DNA of 61,597 bases, counting the filler, from Nemertoderma westbladi (Eukaryota > Animalia > Xenacoelomorpha), in NCBI GenBank assembly GCA_032718475.1. It is 2 parts of 2 records of this genome, joined end to end, with 100 filler letters (N's around TTAATTAATTAA, not from the genome) between each part and the next. Parts side by side here need not be neighbours in the genome. Positions count along the whole stretch, not along the records: positions 1 to 30,699 come from JAUCBJ010003128.1; 1 more part is not named here. One strand, written 5' to 3'. This document shows, in pieces, positions 12,071 through 25,705 of this stretch. Numbering within the stretch: position 1 is the stretch's first letter; every line of letters starts with the position of its first letter. The translations under genes were made by a program, and so were the position numbers. A model generated the notes under the pieces. It was not told the origin of the DNA. It made no database searches and worked only from the letters and a program-made list of their open reading frames with translations.

Positions 12071-15000
12071 AACTGCATGTAACCCTGTGTTCTTAGGTAT
12101 CGTTTATGTTATTAATTAGAACTGCATGTAACCCTGTGTTCTTAGGTATCGTTTATGTTATTAATTAGAACTGCATGTAACCCTGTGTTCTTAGGTATCG
12201 TTTATGTTATTAATTAGAACTGCATGTAACCCTGTGTTCTTAGGTATCGTTTATGTTATTAATTAGAACTGCATGTAACCCTGTGTTCTTAGGTATCGTT
12301 TATGTTATTAATTAGAACTGCATGTAACCCTGTGTTCTTAGGTATCGTTTTTGTTATTAATTAGAACTGCATGTAACCCTGTGTTCTTAGGTATCGTTAA
12401 TGTTATTAATTAGAACTGCATGTAACCCTGTGTTCTTAGGTATCGTTTATGTTATTAATTAGAACTGCATGTAACCCTGTGTTCTTAGGTATCGTTTATG
12501 TTATTAATTAGAACTGCATGTAACTTTGTGTTCTTAGGTATCGTTTATGTTATTAATTAGAACTGCATGTAACCCTGTGTTCTTAGGTATCGTTTATGTT
12601 ATTAATTAGAACTGCATGTAACCCTGTGTTCTTAGGTATCGTTTATGTTATTAATTAGAACTGCATGTAACCCTGTGTTCTTAGGTATCGTTAATGTTAT
12701 TAATTAGAACTGCATGTAACCCTGTGTTCTTAGGTATCGTTTATGTTATTAATTAGAACTGCATGTAACCCTGTGTTCTTAGGTATCGTTTATGTTATTA
12801 ATTAGAACTGCATGTAACCCTGTGTTCTTAGGTATCGTTAATGTTATTAATTAGAGCTGCATGTAACCCTGTGTTCTTAGGTATCGTTTATGTTATTAAT
12901 TAGAACTGCATGTAACCCTGTGTTCTTAGGTATCGTTTATGTTATTAATTAGAACTGCATGTAACCCTGTGTTCTTAGGTATCGTTAATGTTATTAATTA
13001 GAACTGCATGTAACCCTGTGTTCTTAGGTATCGTTAATGTTATTAATTAGAACTGCATGTAACCCTGTGTTCTTAGGTATCGTTTATGTTATTAATTAGA
13101 ACTGCATGTAACCCTGTGTTCTTAGGTATCGTTAATGTTATTAATTAGAACTGCATGTAACCCTGTGTTCTTAGGTATCGTTTATGTTATTAATTAGAAC
13201 TGCATGTAACCCTGTGTTCTTAGGTATCGTTTATGTTATTAATTAGAACTGCATGTAACCCTGTGTTCTTAGGTATCGTTAATGTTATTAATTAGAACTG
13301 CATGTAACCCTGTGTTCTTAGGTATCGTTTATGTTATTAATTAGAACTGCATGTAACCCTGTGTTCTTAGGTATCGTTTTTGTTATTAATTAGAACTGCA
13401 TGTAACCCTGTGTTCTTAGGTATCGTTAATGTTATTAATTAGAACTGCATGTAACCCTGTGTTCTTAGGTATCGTTTATGTTATTAATTAGAACTGCATG
13501 TAACCCTGTGTTCTTAGGTATCGTTTATGTTATTAATTAGAACTGCATGTAACTTTGTGTTCTTAGGTATCGTTTATGTTATTAATTAGAACTGCATGTA
13601 ACCCTGTGTTCTTAGGTATCGTTTATGTTATTAATTAGAACTGCATGTAACCCTGTGTTCTTAGGTATTGTTAATGTTATTAATTAGAACTGCATGTAAC
13701 CCTGTGTTCTTAGGTATTGTTTATGTTATTAATTAGAACTGCATGTAACCCTGTGTTCTTAGGTATCGTTTATGTTATTAATTAGAACTGCATGTAACCC
13801 TGTGTTCTTAGGTATCGTTTATGTTATTAATTAGAACTGCATGTAACCCTGTGTTCTTAGGTATCGTTTATGTTATTAATTAGAACTGCATGTAACCCTG
13901 TGTTCTTAGGTATCGTTTATGTTATTAATTAGAACTGCATGTAACCCTGTGTTCTTAGGTATCGTTTATGTTATTAATTAGAACTGCATGTAACCCTGTG
14001 TTCTTAGGTATCGTTTATGTTATTAATTAGAACTGCATGTAACCCTGTGTTCTTAGGTATCGTTTATGTTATTAATTAGAACTGCATGTAACCCTGTGTT
14101 CTTAGGTATCGTTAATGTTATTAATTAGAACTGCATGTAACCCTGTGTTCTTAGGTATCGTTTTTGTTATTAATTAGAACTGCATGTAACCCTGTGTTCT
14201 TAGGTATCGTTAATGTTATTAATTAGAACTGCATGTAACCCTGTGTTCTTAGGTATCGTTTATGTTATTAATTAGAACTGCATGTAACCCTGTGTTCTTA
14301 GGTATCGTTTATGTTATTAATTAGAACTGCATGTAACTTTGTGTTCTTAGGTATCGTTAATGTTATTAATTAGAACTGCATGTAACCCTGTGTTCTTAGG
14401 TATCGTTTATGTTATTAATTAGAACTGCATGTAACCCTGTGTTCTTAGGTATCGTTAATGTTATTAATTAGAACTGCATGTAACCCTGTGTTCTTAGGTA
14501 TCGTTTATGTTATTAATTAGAACTGCATGTAACCCTGTGTTCTTAGGTATCGTTTTTGTTATTAATTAGAACTGCATGTAACCCTGTGTTCTTAGGTATC
14601 GTTAATGTTATTAATTAGAACTGCATGTAACCCTGTGTTCTTAGGTATCGTTTATGTTATTAATTAGAACTGCATGTAACCCTGTGTTCTTAGGTATCGT
14701 TTATGTTATTAATTAGAACTGCATGTAACCCTGTGTTCTTAGGTATCGTTTATGTTATTAATTAGAACTGCATGTAACCCTGTGTTCTTAGGTATCGTTT
14801 ATGTTATTAATTAGAACTGCATGTAACCCTGTGTTCTTAGGTATCGTTTATGTGTTAATTAGAACTGCATGTAACCCTGTGTTCTTAGGTATCGTTTATG
14901 TTATTAATTAGAACTGCATGTAACCCTGTGTTCTTAGGTATCGTTTATGTTATTAATTAGAACTGCATGTAACCCTGTGTTCTTAGGTATCGTTTATGTT

Positions 15001-16827
15001 ATTAATTAGAACTGCATGTAACCCTGTGTTCTTAGGTATCGTTTATGTTATTAATTAGAACTGCATGTAACCATGTGTTCTTAGGTATCGTTTATGTTAT
15101 TAATTAGAACTGCATGTAACCCTGTGTTCTTAGGTATCGTTTATGTTATTAATTAGAACTGCATGTAACCCTGTGTTCTTAGGTATCGTTAATGTTATTA
15201 ATTAGAACTGCATGTAACCCTGTGTTCTTAGGTATCGTTTATGTTATTAATTAGAACTGCATGTAACCCTGTGTTCTTAGGTATCGTTAATGTTATTAAT
15301 TAGAACTGCATGTAACCATGTGTTCTTAGGTATCGTTTATGTTATTAATTAGAACTGCATGTAACCCTGTGTTCTTAGGTATCGTTTATGTTATTAATTA
15401 GAACTGCATGTAACCCTGTGTTCTTAGGTATCGTTAATGTTATTAATTAGAACTGCATGTAACCCTGTGTTCTTAGGTATCGTTTATGTTATTAATTAGA
15501 ACTGCATGTAACCCTGTGTTCTTAGGTATCGTTTATGTTATTAATTAGAACTGCATGTAACCCTGTGTTCTTAGGTATCGTTTATGTTATTAATTAGAAC
15601 TGCATGTAACCATGTGTTCTTAGGTATCGTTTATGTTATTAATTAGAACTGCATGTAACCCTGTGTTCTTAGGTATCGTTTATGTTATTAATTAGAACTG
15701 CATGTAACCATGTGTTCTTAGGTATCGTTTATGTTATTAATTAGAACTGCATGTAACCCTGTGTTCTTAGGTATCGTTTATGTTATTAATTAGAACTGCA
15801 TGTAACCCTGTGTTCTTAGGTATCGTTTATGTTATTAATTAGAACTGCATGTAACCCTGTGTTCTTAGGTATCGTTTATGTTATTAATTAGAACTGCATG
15901 TAACCCTGTGTTCTTAGGTATCGTTTATGTTATTAATTAGAACTGCATGTAACCCTGTGTTCTTAGATATCGTTTATGTTATTAATTAGAACTGCATGTA
16001 ACCCTGTGTTCTTAGGTATCGTTTATGTTATTAATTAGAACTGCATGTAACCCTGTGTTCTTAGGTATCGTTTATGTTATTAATTAGAACTGCATGTAAC
16101 CCTGTGTTCTTAGGTATCGTTTATGTTATTAATTAGAACTAAATGTAACCCTGTGTTCTTAGGTATCGTTTATGTTATTAATTAGAACTGCATGTAACCC
16201 TGTGTTCTTAGGTATCGTTCATGTTATTAATTAGAACTGCATGTAACCCTGTGTTCTTAGGTATCGTTTATGTTATTAATTAGAACTGCATGTAACCCTG
16301 TGTTCTTAGGTATCGTTTATGTTATTAATTAGAACTGCATGTAACCCTATGTTCTTAGGTATCGTTTATGTTATTAATTAGAACTGCATGTAACCCTGTG
16401 TTCTTAGGTATCGTTTATGTTATTAATTAGAACTGCATGTAACCCTGTGTTCTTAGGTATCGTTTATGTTATTAATTAGAACTGCATGTAACCCTGTGTT
16501 CTTAGGTATCGTGTATGTTATTAATTAGAACTGCATGTAACCCTGTGTTCTTAGGTATCGTGTATGTTATTAATTAGAACTGCATGTAACCCTGTGTTCT
16601 TAGGTATCGTTTATGTTATTAATTAGAACTGCATGTAACCCTGTGTTCTTAGGTATCGTTTATGTTATTAATTAGAACTGCATGTAACCCTGTGTTCTTA
16701 GGTATCGTTTATGTTATTAATTAGAACTGCATGTAACCCTGTGTTCTTAGGTATCGTTTATGTTATTAATTAGAACTGCATGTAACCCTGTGTTCTTAGG
16801 TATCGTTTATGTTATTAATTAGAACTG
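12071..16827. repeat. 49-bp satellite (about 97 highly homogeneous copies)
   Basis: Unit aactgcatgtaaccctgtgttcttaggtatcgtttatgttattaattag with rare point variants. Confidence 0.97.
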
Positions 16828-16863
16828 ACCACGTTACAAGATAATTTTTTCGCAGGTTATTTC

Positions 16864-17031
16864 GCACTGTTGTGTCCCTAGGCAAGACACTTTAGACATT
16901 AGTGCCTACGTCAACCCAGCGGTATAATGGGAACCTGGCTTTGCTGGGGTAATGATAATAAAAGCGCTTTGAGTATGCTGAGCGTAGAAAAGCGCTATAT
17001 AAATAACCAATATTATTATTATTATTATAAT
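16864..17031 (+). mobile_element. 5'-truncated SINE body with L2-type 3' tail
   Basis: gttgtgtccctaggcaagacacttta core, aagcgctttgag...aaagcgctatataaat stem region and (att)n tail, as recalled for invertebrate tRNA-derived SINEs. Confidence 0.7.
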
Positions 17032-17977
17032 TTGTCGTTGATTTATGTCGCCGAAAAAAAGACGTCGCACATCGAATAATAAGAAAAAAAAATCGTGTGC
17101 ATGATGACGCGGTGTCGGGCTGTTTATCATTGATGGGGACTCTTTAATTAAATTATTGTCGAAACTACAATAAATTGATCACAATCAAGTGATAATGGAT
17201 TGTTGAATTGTCGAATGGAATTCATTTTCGTTGAGTTCAGTTGAATTTATCTTCAATTTTACAATTATCTTCTTCGATTATACTGTACCGTATAGGGCCA
17301 TTGAACGACTTTCTCATTATCTTTCTAACATCCAGTGTTTGTAAGGACGAATGCTCTCCTGATACCGTCAGCGTTGTCTGTATTCCCTCGATACCAAACG
17401 GATCCCACGACCAGACAATAGGTCGTGTTAATCTCGGCCCCAAGCTAACCCCACCCACCTAACTACGGCATTATCCCTTCCCAATAGAGACACCTGCTTA
17501 CTCCAGGAGGTTGGGCCCCAACGCACAGTGCTAGGCGTGGGAATATCATTGATCGCACCGTTACCAAAATACAATGGAAGGCGTCTTTCTTCCCAAGTAA
17601 AGGGCCCACCCCACACCACGAACATGAACGAATCTCCACTGTTATTGGCACAAGCATGGAACACGCGATTAATAGTAAGTTTCTTTTACAGTTTTTAGTA
17701 CATTTTCAGGGAACTTCACGAAATTAATGTCAGGACCACTCGTGTAAAACCTTTTTTTGGTACAAACAGGTTGCATTGCGGCTTTTTCTAACCAAAACAC
17801 TAACTCAAGTACAAGTTATCCAGACACAAGTGTCAGGGCACAATTTGACCCGGCATTAACTGTACAGATCTGAGATGACCAGACACGAGTGGTCGAGCTA
17901 CGCTTTGTCAAGACACATATCATGTTGTCACGACACGAGTTGTCTACATCTCAAAATGTGTCAGACTGCGATCATGG

Positions 17978-18110
17978 AAAAGGGAGAAAAGACGTCGAAA
18001 AGGGGGCAAAGACGTCGAAAAAGGGAGCAAAGACGTCGAAAAGGGGGCAAAGACGTCGAAAAGGGGGCAAAGACGTCGAAAAGGGGGCAAAGACGTCGAA
18101 AAGGGGGGCG
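17978..18110. repeat. 20-bp minisatellite (about 6 copies)
   Basis: Unit aaagggggcaaagacgtcga. Confidence 0.9.
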
Positions 18111-20335
18111 TAAATCCTGGAATGAATTATTAGTAACCTGATTTTTCACCCCCCCCCCCGTCTACGTTATTGTTTGATACTTGAATTTCTATTCACAAAT
18201 AATATCCCTACAGAAATTTGATTATTCATATAATTCAATAATTTGAGTATTATATATTCATTTTTTTCCTTCAAAGTTGATATATATAATTTCAATTTTT
18301 ACGACGACACAATTTTTTTTTAATTATAAAAGAATTTGGCTGCGTATTCCTGAACTTATTTTTTTATGTGTAATTACCTCATGTTTTTTACTGTTCCATT
18401 TCATAAAGATACATGAGTATTAAAATCATACATGTGTAAAAAACGTATTTTAGTGTATTGTCGGGTGATTGCAGTCGACTGCCAGCTGTCGGATAATGCT
18501 GTCGGCTGTCTGCTTTTCCGTACTATGAGAACGTTCACAGCCAACTATGCAGTACTCGAGTCTTATTGTCGATGTCGATGTCGATATTTTCGTGTTGTTG
18601 AAAGCTGACATTTCTAGCATTAACAACAAATGAGAAGCAGTGTTTAAAAATCAAAATTATGGTAGCCCTACGATATATACAGATATAGCCAATGATTTAT
18701 TATTGAGCTGAGGGTTGAATGTTTATGTAAGAACCTGGGTGTAGTTATTTTAAACTTGATTGTTGAAAGCAAATGTGTGACGCGGGCCTAACTGAAATGA
18801 GACTGGGATCTTAGTTGAGATTGAGATTGTGACTAGACTGGAAGAATTTAGGGAAGCTTGTAAAGAAATTGTAATAAATAAGCAAAGCATGTCGTATAGC
18901 AAATCATATGTAATTAAAGATATTAAGTAACAAAACAAAATTAAATCTAAATGCAATTATTCAAAAAATTATAATTTTAAAGCCATAATAAATATGGCAA
19001 AATTAAAATTTGCACGTAGTAAGTACATAATTTACTTCAGTACATAACGAAATGAAAAATAAGTACAATAAACATAACAGGTAAGAATCATTATATACAA
19101 ATTGGTAATATTAACAATAGACGTCTGTCTGGCCCCACTGAATTCTTGCATAATTGACGCGCCGTGATACATAAATATTGACGTATTTGTTTCAAAATGG
19201 CGCGAATATATAAAAGGGAAGGCAACGAGAGGTTCCCAACTAAACTCTATAATCAAATCACATTCACATAATAAACTTAGAGGGAAAAATTATTGATTGT
19301 TTTGAGCGCAAGAAAACATTAGAATCGACTTAGAATCGAATTGACGGGATGAAAGATATCGTCGCTCTAGTACCAAAAAATGCTTAACTATCTGCTTTGG
19401 ACAAATAATACTAAAAAGTGCGACTTTTATATATCAAAAATATGCGCATAGAAGCACTCCCAGGTTGTTTTATTGTTTGTGTAGAGTGTCTGTGTAAATA
19501 CAGAATCGTAATCTCAAACATTCGGCTACTAAAGCGACAATAAAATAAGGAGTTTAACAAAGGACGACACGCTAAGGAGAGAGCGAGTCTTTGTTAACCC
19601 AACCCTGGAGACAAATATAAATCCCACAACATTCCATTAAATCACATACTCTTATACTCCAAAGCCAAAATTATGTTACGACCAATATATTAAAAAAGGC
19701 ACAGATTATACGAACAAATTAATAACAGACATAATCTCTACTAGACCAATAGTGTTATAAACGCCACGTGTAAGTAAAGGAGAATAATAGTAACTGCTGG
19801 AGATTAGTCGCTATACTCTGTGGTCTCTATCAGTTTGTATAGGACCAACCTTGAATGAGTTGAATATAATAAAAGAGAGTCGTATTGATAGCGGGATGAG
19901 CCAAACCCTTATCCCCTGGGAGTGTGTAGGGCAGTACAACACAAACACACAGGATAGAGGGGTGCGTGACCTGTGGAATAATGTCAGATGGATATGCGGC
20001 CCAGAATACCGGGGCCTAACGGCTCAGTTTATAGCGGCCCACATGTAGGCGCAGTTAATTCCAAGAATTTCAACCCTGGACGTTGTTCGGGGAAGGCACA
20101 CACGGGACCGGTACCAAACGTGTGCCCTTCATTGACGCAGCACGTGCTCAATAGATTATAATAATAATAATAGAATACAGTGCGTCGGCGATTGATAAGT
20201 TGGCAAACACGACCACACCCATCTTTGAATTAACCCAATCACTGGAATCAAAGGACGATAAAGGAATAGCACAGCGCACCGCGGTATAATGCACTTATAT
20301 TGCAACTGGAGATTGTTGAATACAATAGAGATTCA

Positions 20336-20724
20336 CTATAAGTAAGTTTCCCTACCCATATTGCAGAAAGCAGTGCCTTGGATAACGGCTTGCGTCGCTA
20401 ATCGTCTAAAGTCCGAGTATCTGGGGGCGCAGGCCTGTCTGGGCACTCCGTTCACCATGGAGCCCATGAGGAGGAACTGGCCCACGCCGGCGCGGGACCT
20501 ACACTTGGAGGGTGTCTGCACGACCGTGGTGAATCTACCGCTGCGGGGGGCCCGGTTCACCGGGAGGTCCTCCTTCTGGCGGTACATCCGCGCCACGTTG
20601 ATGTGAATGTTGGAGTTCTCTTTGTCCTCCTCGTTGGGTTCGATTCGGTCGATACGACCGAGGACGATGTAGTCGGCCTTGCAGAACTTCTCGAGTATCT
20701 GCATGTCCGTGCAAGGCTTACAAT
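20336..20724 (-). CDS. METRNL: Meteorin/Meteorin-like, last coding exon (NTR-like domain)
   Basis: cttag acceptor; (D)CKPCTDMQILEKFCKADYIVLG..RMYRQK..GQFLLMG..CAPRYSDF..C then TAG; matches remembered METRNL CRPCSDTE..RLYRQK..GDFLFTG..CAPRFKDF. Confidence 0.92.
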
Positions 20725-21116
20725 CTAAGGAAATAAAATAATATTATAGGGTAAAAAAAAGGCTAGGAAATTACATTTAAAAATATAAATATAAGTTAAC
20801 GTATAATCTTCATTTATCATTATCAACCACAGCAGGATATCTTCCGGTAGTTATTATTAGTTTAATATTGAGACGCACACCGGCCGTCCGCACATACACC
20901 ACTAACTAACACGATCGCAATGGACATTTACTCAACTACTTAAATGGGATACAAACAAGTGGTTGTCCCCATCAAATAGGAAACAGGTCGGGAGTAACCG
21001 CTGTCGTTATAAACGTGGATGGGAAGGAGCAGGTTAGGGTGCGGGTTATTCCAATCAACAATAGACAAGCGACATGGGCAATAATTGCAGTTTCAATTTC
21101 GATTACAAGAACGGGA

Positions 21117-21869
21117 TGTCTGCTGTCGGATGAGGTTGTCTGCTGTCGGATGAGGTTGTCTGCTGTCGGATGAGGTTGTCTGCTGTCGAATGAGGTTGTC
21201 TGCTGTCGAATGAGGTTGTCTGCTGTCGAATGAGGTTGTCTGCTGTCCAATGAGGTTGTCTGCTGTCGAATGAGGTTGTCTGCTGTCGAATGAGGTTGTC
21301 TGCTGTCGGATGAGGTTGTCTGCTGTCGAATGAGGTTGTCTGCTGTCGGATGAGGTTGTCTGCTGTCGGATGAGGTTGTCTGCTGTCCAATGAGGTTGTC
21401 TGCTGTCGGATGAGGTTGTCTGCTGTCGAATGAGGTTGTCTGCTGTCGAATGAGGTTGTCTGCTGTCGAATGAGGTTGTCTGCTGTCCAATGAGGTTGTC
21501 TGCTGTCGAATGAGGTTGTCTGCTGTCCAATGAGGTTGTCTGCTGTCGAATGAGGTTGTCTGCTGTCGAATGAGGTTGTCTGCTGTCGGATGAGGTTGTC
21601 TGCTGTCGGATGAGGTTGTCTGCTGTCCAATGAGGTTGTCTGCTGTCGGATGAGGTTGTCTGCTGTCGAATGAGGTTGTCTGCTGTCGAATGAGGTTGTC
21701 TGCTGTCGAATGAGGTTGTCTGCTGTCCAATGAAGTTGTCTGCTGTCCAATGAGGTTGTCTGCTGTCGGATGAGGTTGTCTGCTGTCGGATGAGGTTGTC
21801 TGCTGTCCAATGAGGTTGTCTGCTGTCGAATGAGGTTGTCTGCTGTCGGATGAGGTTGTCTGCTGTCGG
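21117..21869. repeat. 20-bp satellite (about 37 copies) in Meteorin intron 3
   Basis: Unit tgtctgctgtc[gg/ga/ca]atgaggt with three interspersed variants. Confidence 0.97.
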
Positions 21870-22968
21870 TAAAACGCTTAAACCTTGATTGGTTCATTAT
21901 TGAGTGACGCCGCCACTACTGCAAACTGCGCAAAAATATCGTAAATTCGCAAACTAGTTGTCCAGACGTCACTTAAACATAATCGATAAAATCATGAAAT
22001 ACAATTATTGTCTGTAGACCAGATTACCCTAATATTAATCATAATATCAGAGGAAGTTAAGTAATAATTATTTTAAGTCCCTGTTTTATTGACGGGGGGA
22101 GGGGGTGGACCTGGACACTCAAACGTCAAGTTTGTTTACCATAAACAATTAATTGTAATTAACTGATTACTCTAGACTACTAACTTCTTATTAGTATAAT
22201 TATTAATTATCTTAAACCTTGGTTTAGTGAAGAGCATTAATATAGTAAAACACGATTCGTATAATTGTATAATCAATTGCAGGATGGTATGTCATAAGAG
22301 GCAATTAATTTTTCGCAAGACGTATAGTATTTCTTATCCATCTTTCCTACGATAAGTACCACGCTGAGCCGCACACAACTCACTATTAAACTGCGACATA
22401 ATACATGACCAGACATATGCCACGTCAACTGAGTAGTTCATATCAAACGGAGTCAATCTCACAGCATGTGTGATCTACATCCCGTAGATACGAACCATAG
22501 AGAACCAAAAGGTGTGAAAACATCTTAGTAGAAAAGCAGAAGAAAGTGTGAACTTTACCAAAGTTAAACTCAGCAACTTTACAGAGCCTGGGAACTTAAA
22601 CGAGTGAGATACACCATAATCAGAAATCAAACACAGCAACACAGGCCCGGAGTATTTAATTAGTGAGATATATCGCTTGTATTACCGTGAAATAATAGAC
22701 CGTGGGAGAATAAACACAGAATGGTGTACTTAGGCATATTGAACTTTGCACAAGGGCCTTCCATAACTAACTCTCCCATGACTTTATCAGTCCACAAGAA
22801 GTATCATTTAACACACATAATATCGCATATTTGATAGATAATCACGATTTTTAAGCCCAAACTCTGGCCGTATAGTAAAACTAGAAGAGCAAACAGATAA
22901 AACAAGCAATCAAGAAAGTTATTAATTTACTGATAAACACGTTGGGTAAACACATATAGTAAACGTAC

Positions 22969-23144
22969 CTTCGATGTTGACGCGGTCGTCCTGAGTAACG
23001 AACTCGGTGGGATTTACAGTTGGTTCGTCTCTGCGGACTCCCATACCGATGTCGTAGTTAAATAGGACCAACTTCCTCTGGGACTCGCGGTTAGGCGACG
23101 TCTCTACGTACAATATAGCCAGACCTCCGTTACTGGGGAAACAT
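22969..23144 (-). CDS. METRNL: Meteorin/Meteorin-like coding exon 3
   Basis: tttag acceptor, GTACGT donor; 176 nt; (R)CFPSNGGLAILYVETSPNRESQRKLVLFNYDI..; phases fit both neighbours. Confidence 0.9.
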
Positions 23145-23601
23145 CTAAAATAAGAAATATAATCGAATTAAATGTTGTTGTTTCGAAACATCCATGTTTA
23201 CTATTTACATACAACATTAATGGAATCCCTGGCTATAACCCGCCCCCCTTGGGCATCTAGGCACCGCTAATTGACTTTCAGTACGGAACCGCCGCTCGTA
23301 AAACACACATAAAAGGAAACGCAGCCGAAATCCACGAGCCAAATTGTCGACATTTCGGTAGATCTAGACGACACTAAGTAATCGCCGCGACAATCAATTT
23401 ATAAAAGCACAAATTCCACACAGTTATTATCGGAGACTCGGAGTAAGTAATGAAAGAACAATAAAATCAATAAATCCATTAAAACTATATAGGAGAGCTT
23501 CGCTACCAAAATAGTCGTAAATTATATTAATATAAACTGAGCCGTTTGCTAAATAATGTCATATGGTTACTGAGTGGTTGGTTACGAAGTTATAGACTCA
23601 C

Positions 23602-23856
23602 CTCGGTTTCTGTTCATCGTCTCCATCCTCTATCAGCATCTCGAGTTGGGTGTCTGGCCCCGCGTCCCTATAGACCCTGGCGCCATGGTAACCTATAGCC
23701 GGTCGGATACACAGGGTGAAGTCGACCACGTCGACAGGGGGCGCTAGGATAATGCGGACGCCTCGGTAGGGGTAGTCGAACTGAAACTGTCCGGCCAGAC
23801 ACTGGAAGCGAATCTGTCGCACAGAGCGGGAGCCCGGGAGTTCGGCTGGTAAACCG
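23602..23856 (-). CDS. METRNL: Meteorin/Meteorin-like coding exon 2 (CUB-like domain)
   Basis: ctcag acceptor, GTGAGT donor; 255 nt; (S)GLPAELPGSRSVRQIRFQCLAGQFQFDYPYRGVRIIL..FTLCIRP..GARVY. Confidence 0.92.
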
Positions 23857-25592
23857 CTGAGGAGAAATAAACACGGCGTTATAAGGGTGTCAGAGGGTTA
23901 GCTATACCGGTACCACTGCGAAGTAAACAATACGAAGTGGATAGGTGTTAACATAGAGTGCACATTTAATCTTTTATAATTAGAAATTACTTATTTATTG
24001 ATTATTGGAAAATGGTTAGTCTATTAATTAAATGAGCACAACACAAGATCATGTTCGATAAACTTATCACCAAGTGACACGAACACGAGGAACGAAATAA
24101 GGACAGAATTTAACATAAATAAATACAAATACAAAGAAAGCATAATAAAATACGCAGTAATTCAGAAAGTCATGCTAAAAGTTGTAACCTTATGAGAGTC
24201 TCTATACTCTATGGGATCATGCAACTTAATTAAATCTGATAAACTCGGACACAGGCAGGAACAAACTATACGCAATACGGGTTATAGCGCAGACCAGATC
24301 CTCGGGCCCAACATAACGCGGAGTTAAACTTATGAGCCGTCGAGTCGCTATAATTCCCCGGAGCCGGGACCACAGTGAATGGGGCCAACTTTCCCACGCC
24401 TTTGCGGACACGAGACTTTAACGAGTAGAGGGGAACTAGACGACAAAAACCATCGCCTAACAATTGGGTTCACGTGAGTGAATTGGGGTAAGGCGCGTGA
24501 GAATTTTTGGGCCCCTATTCAAGGGGGCTAGCGGTCACACGGCCACCTCCGAACGGGGCCCAACGAGGTGAGAGATAGTAGCAACGGAGGCTGAAACCGG
24601 GCCAGAATTCAACCCGTACCAAACACATCCTAGGTAAGGCTATTGTCATTCACTTTAGGATTTATTTGAATGGAAATGATGGGAGTCTTAGCTTAATAAA
24701 CAATTAATGATGTGGAGCCATGCGGCAGCTGCTGCAATATAACACTAAATATTTCAAAGTGGCTAAGAAGCTAAACGAGAATATAGGCCCCTACAACATT
24801 GGTTATTCGAAAATTATTACATATCGTTATACTGTTTATACCGGTACATCCTAAATTGCGTTACTAATAAATTGAGTAATGAAAAATGTCTGAAACGACC
24901 AACGTGCAATAAATACAGGCCTCAGGCTCAGTCTCAGACCAATGGCGGCCTGTTTTCAAGATGGATGAGTTATTTGCGGCTATTTATGTATTTGCTCAAT
25001 TAAAAGTATCATAATATAAATCCTATAAATCAGAAATACTATATACATGCCAGTTTAATTAGGGTTGGATGGTGTAATTAGGTGAACACCTTCACCTTGG
25101 CCTAAAGTAACACAGGCCTGGTTTAGGTCTCATGTTGTCCTGCCTGACATCTAGGTCTTCTGAATTAAAATTTGATTTTTACCGATAGGCCGACTACCGG
25201 TATTGCTTATTTGTTTACTCTAATACTAGAACAATTATTCATAGGCCTACTAAAAATGAAGAGCGCTAAATATTTGATAACGATAGCAGTCGTTTGTTGA
25301 TCAGGCAAGGCACAAACCATACTCAAACAATATTACAACAAAAAATATTTAAATATTAGGCCTACCTTACATAACAAACACGGAGTTGAGCTGTTGACAT
25401 TACATTACACATTACCGATACCGGTACAACATGACATTACAATAAAACATAACATTTTCACACCAAGCTGCCAAGTGATAAACAATTGAAACAAATAGGC
25501 CTAACCGAAACGATCAATATTCTACTTTTACATAACATTAAATTGCCACATAGATACAGTCACTAAAACGAGCAAACATATCTGAGGCTTAC

Positions 25593-25705
25593 CTTGCTTG
25601 CCAAGAACAGTTGTCATCAGTGTAAATGGCATCAACAATTATCAAATAACAAACCAATGAAATTATGAAACCAGCCACACCACCATCAATCGAATACCAG
25701 GCCAT
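25593..25705 (-). CDS. METRNL: Meteorin/Meteorin-like first coding exon (signal peptide)
   Basis: ATG at 25705; MAWYSIDGGVAGFIISLVCYLIIVDAIYTDDNCSWQA(S) (compare YSSDRCSWKGSG); GTAAGC donor. The four exons total 933 nt = 310 aa plus stop. Confidence 0.9.

Noticed and set aside
761-16827. 28-bp and 49-bp arrays as CRISPR arrays
   Set aside because: Head-to-tail units with no unique spacers, no cas genes, and a eukaryotic intron context.
17160-17680. GC-richer stretch with short ORFs as a BRPF exon
   Set aside because: No frame resembles BRPF or another protein I recognise; left unannotated.
20972-21897. Three overlapping repetitive ORFs
   Set aside because: Translation of a stop-free 20-bp satellite within a Meteorin intron.
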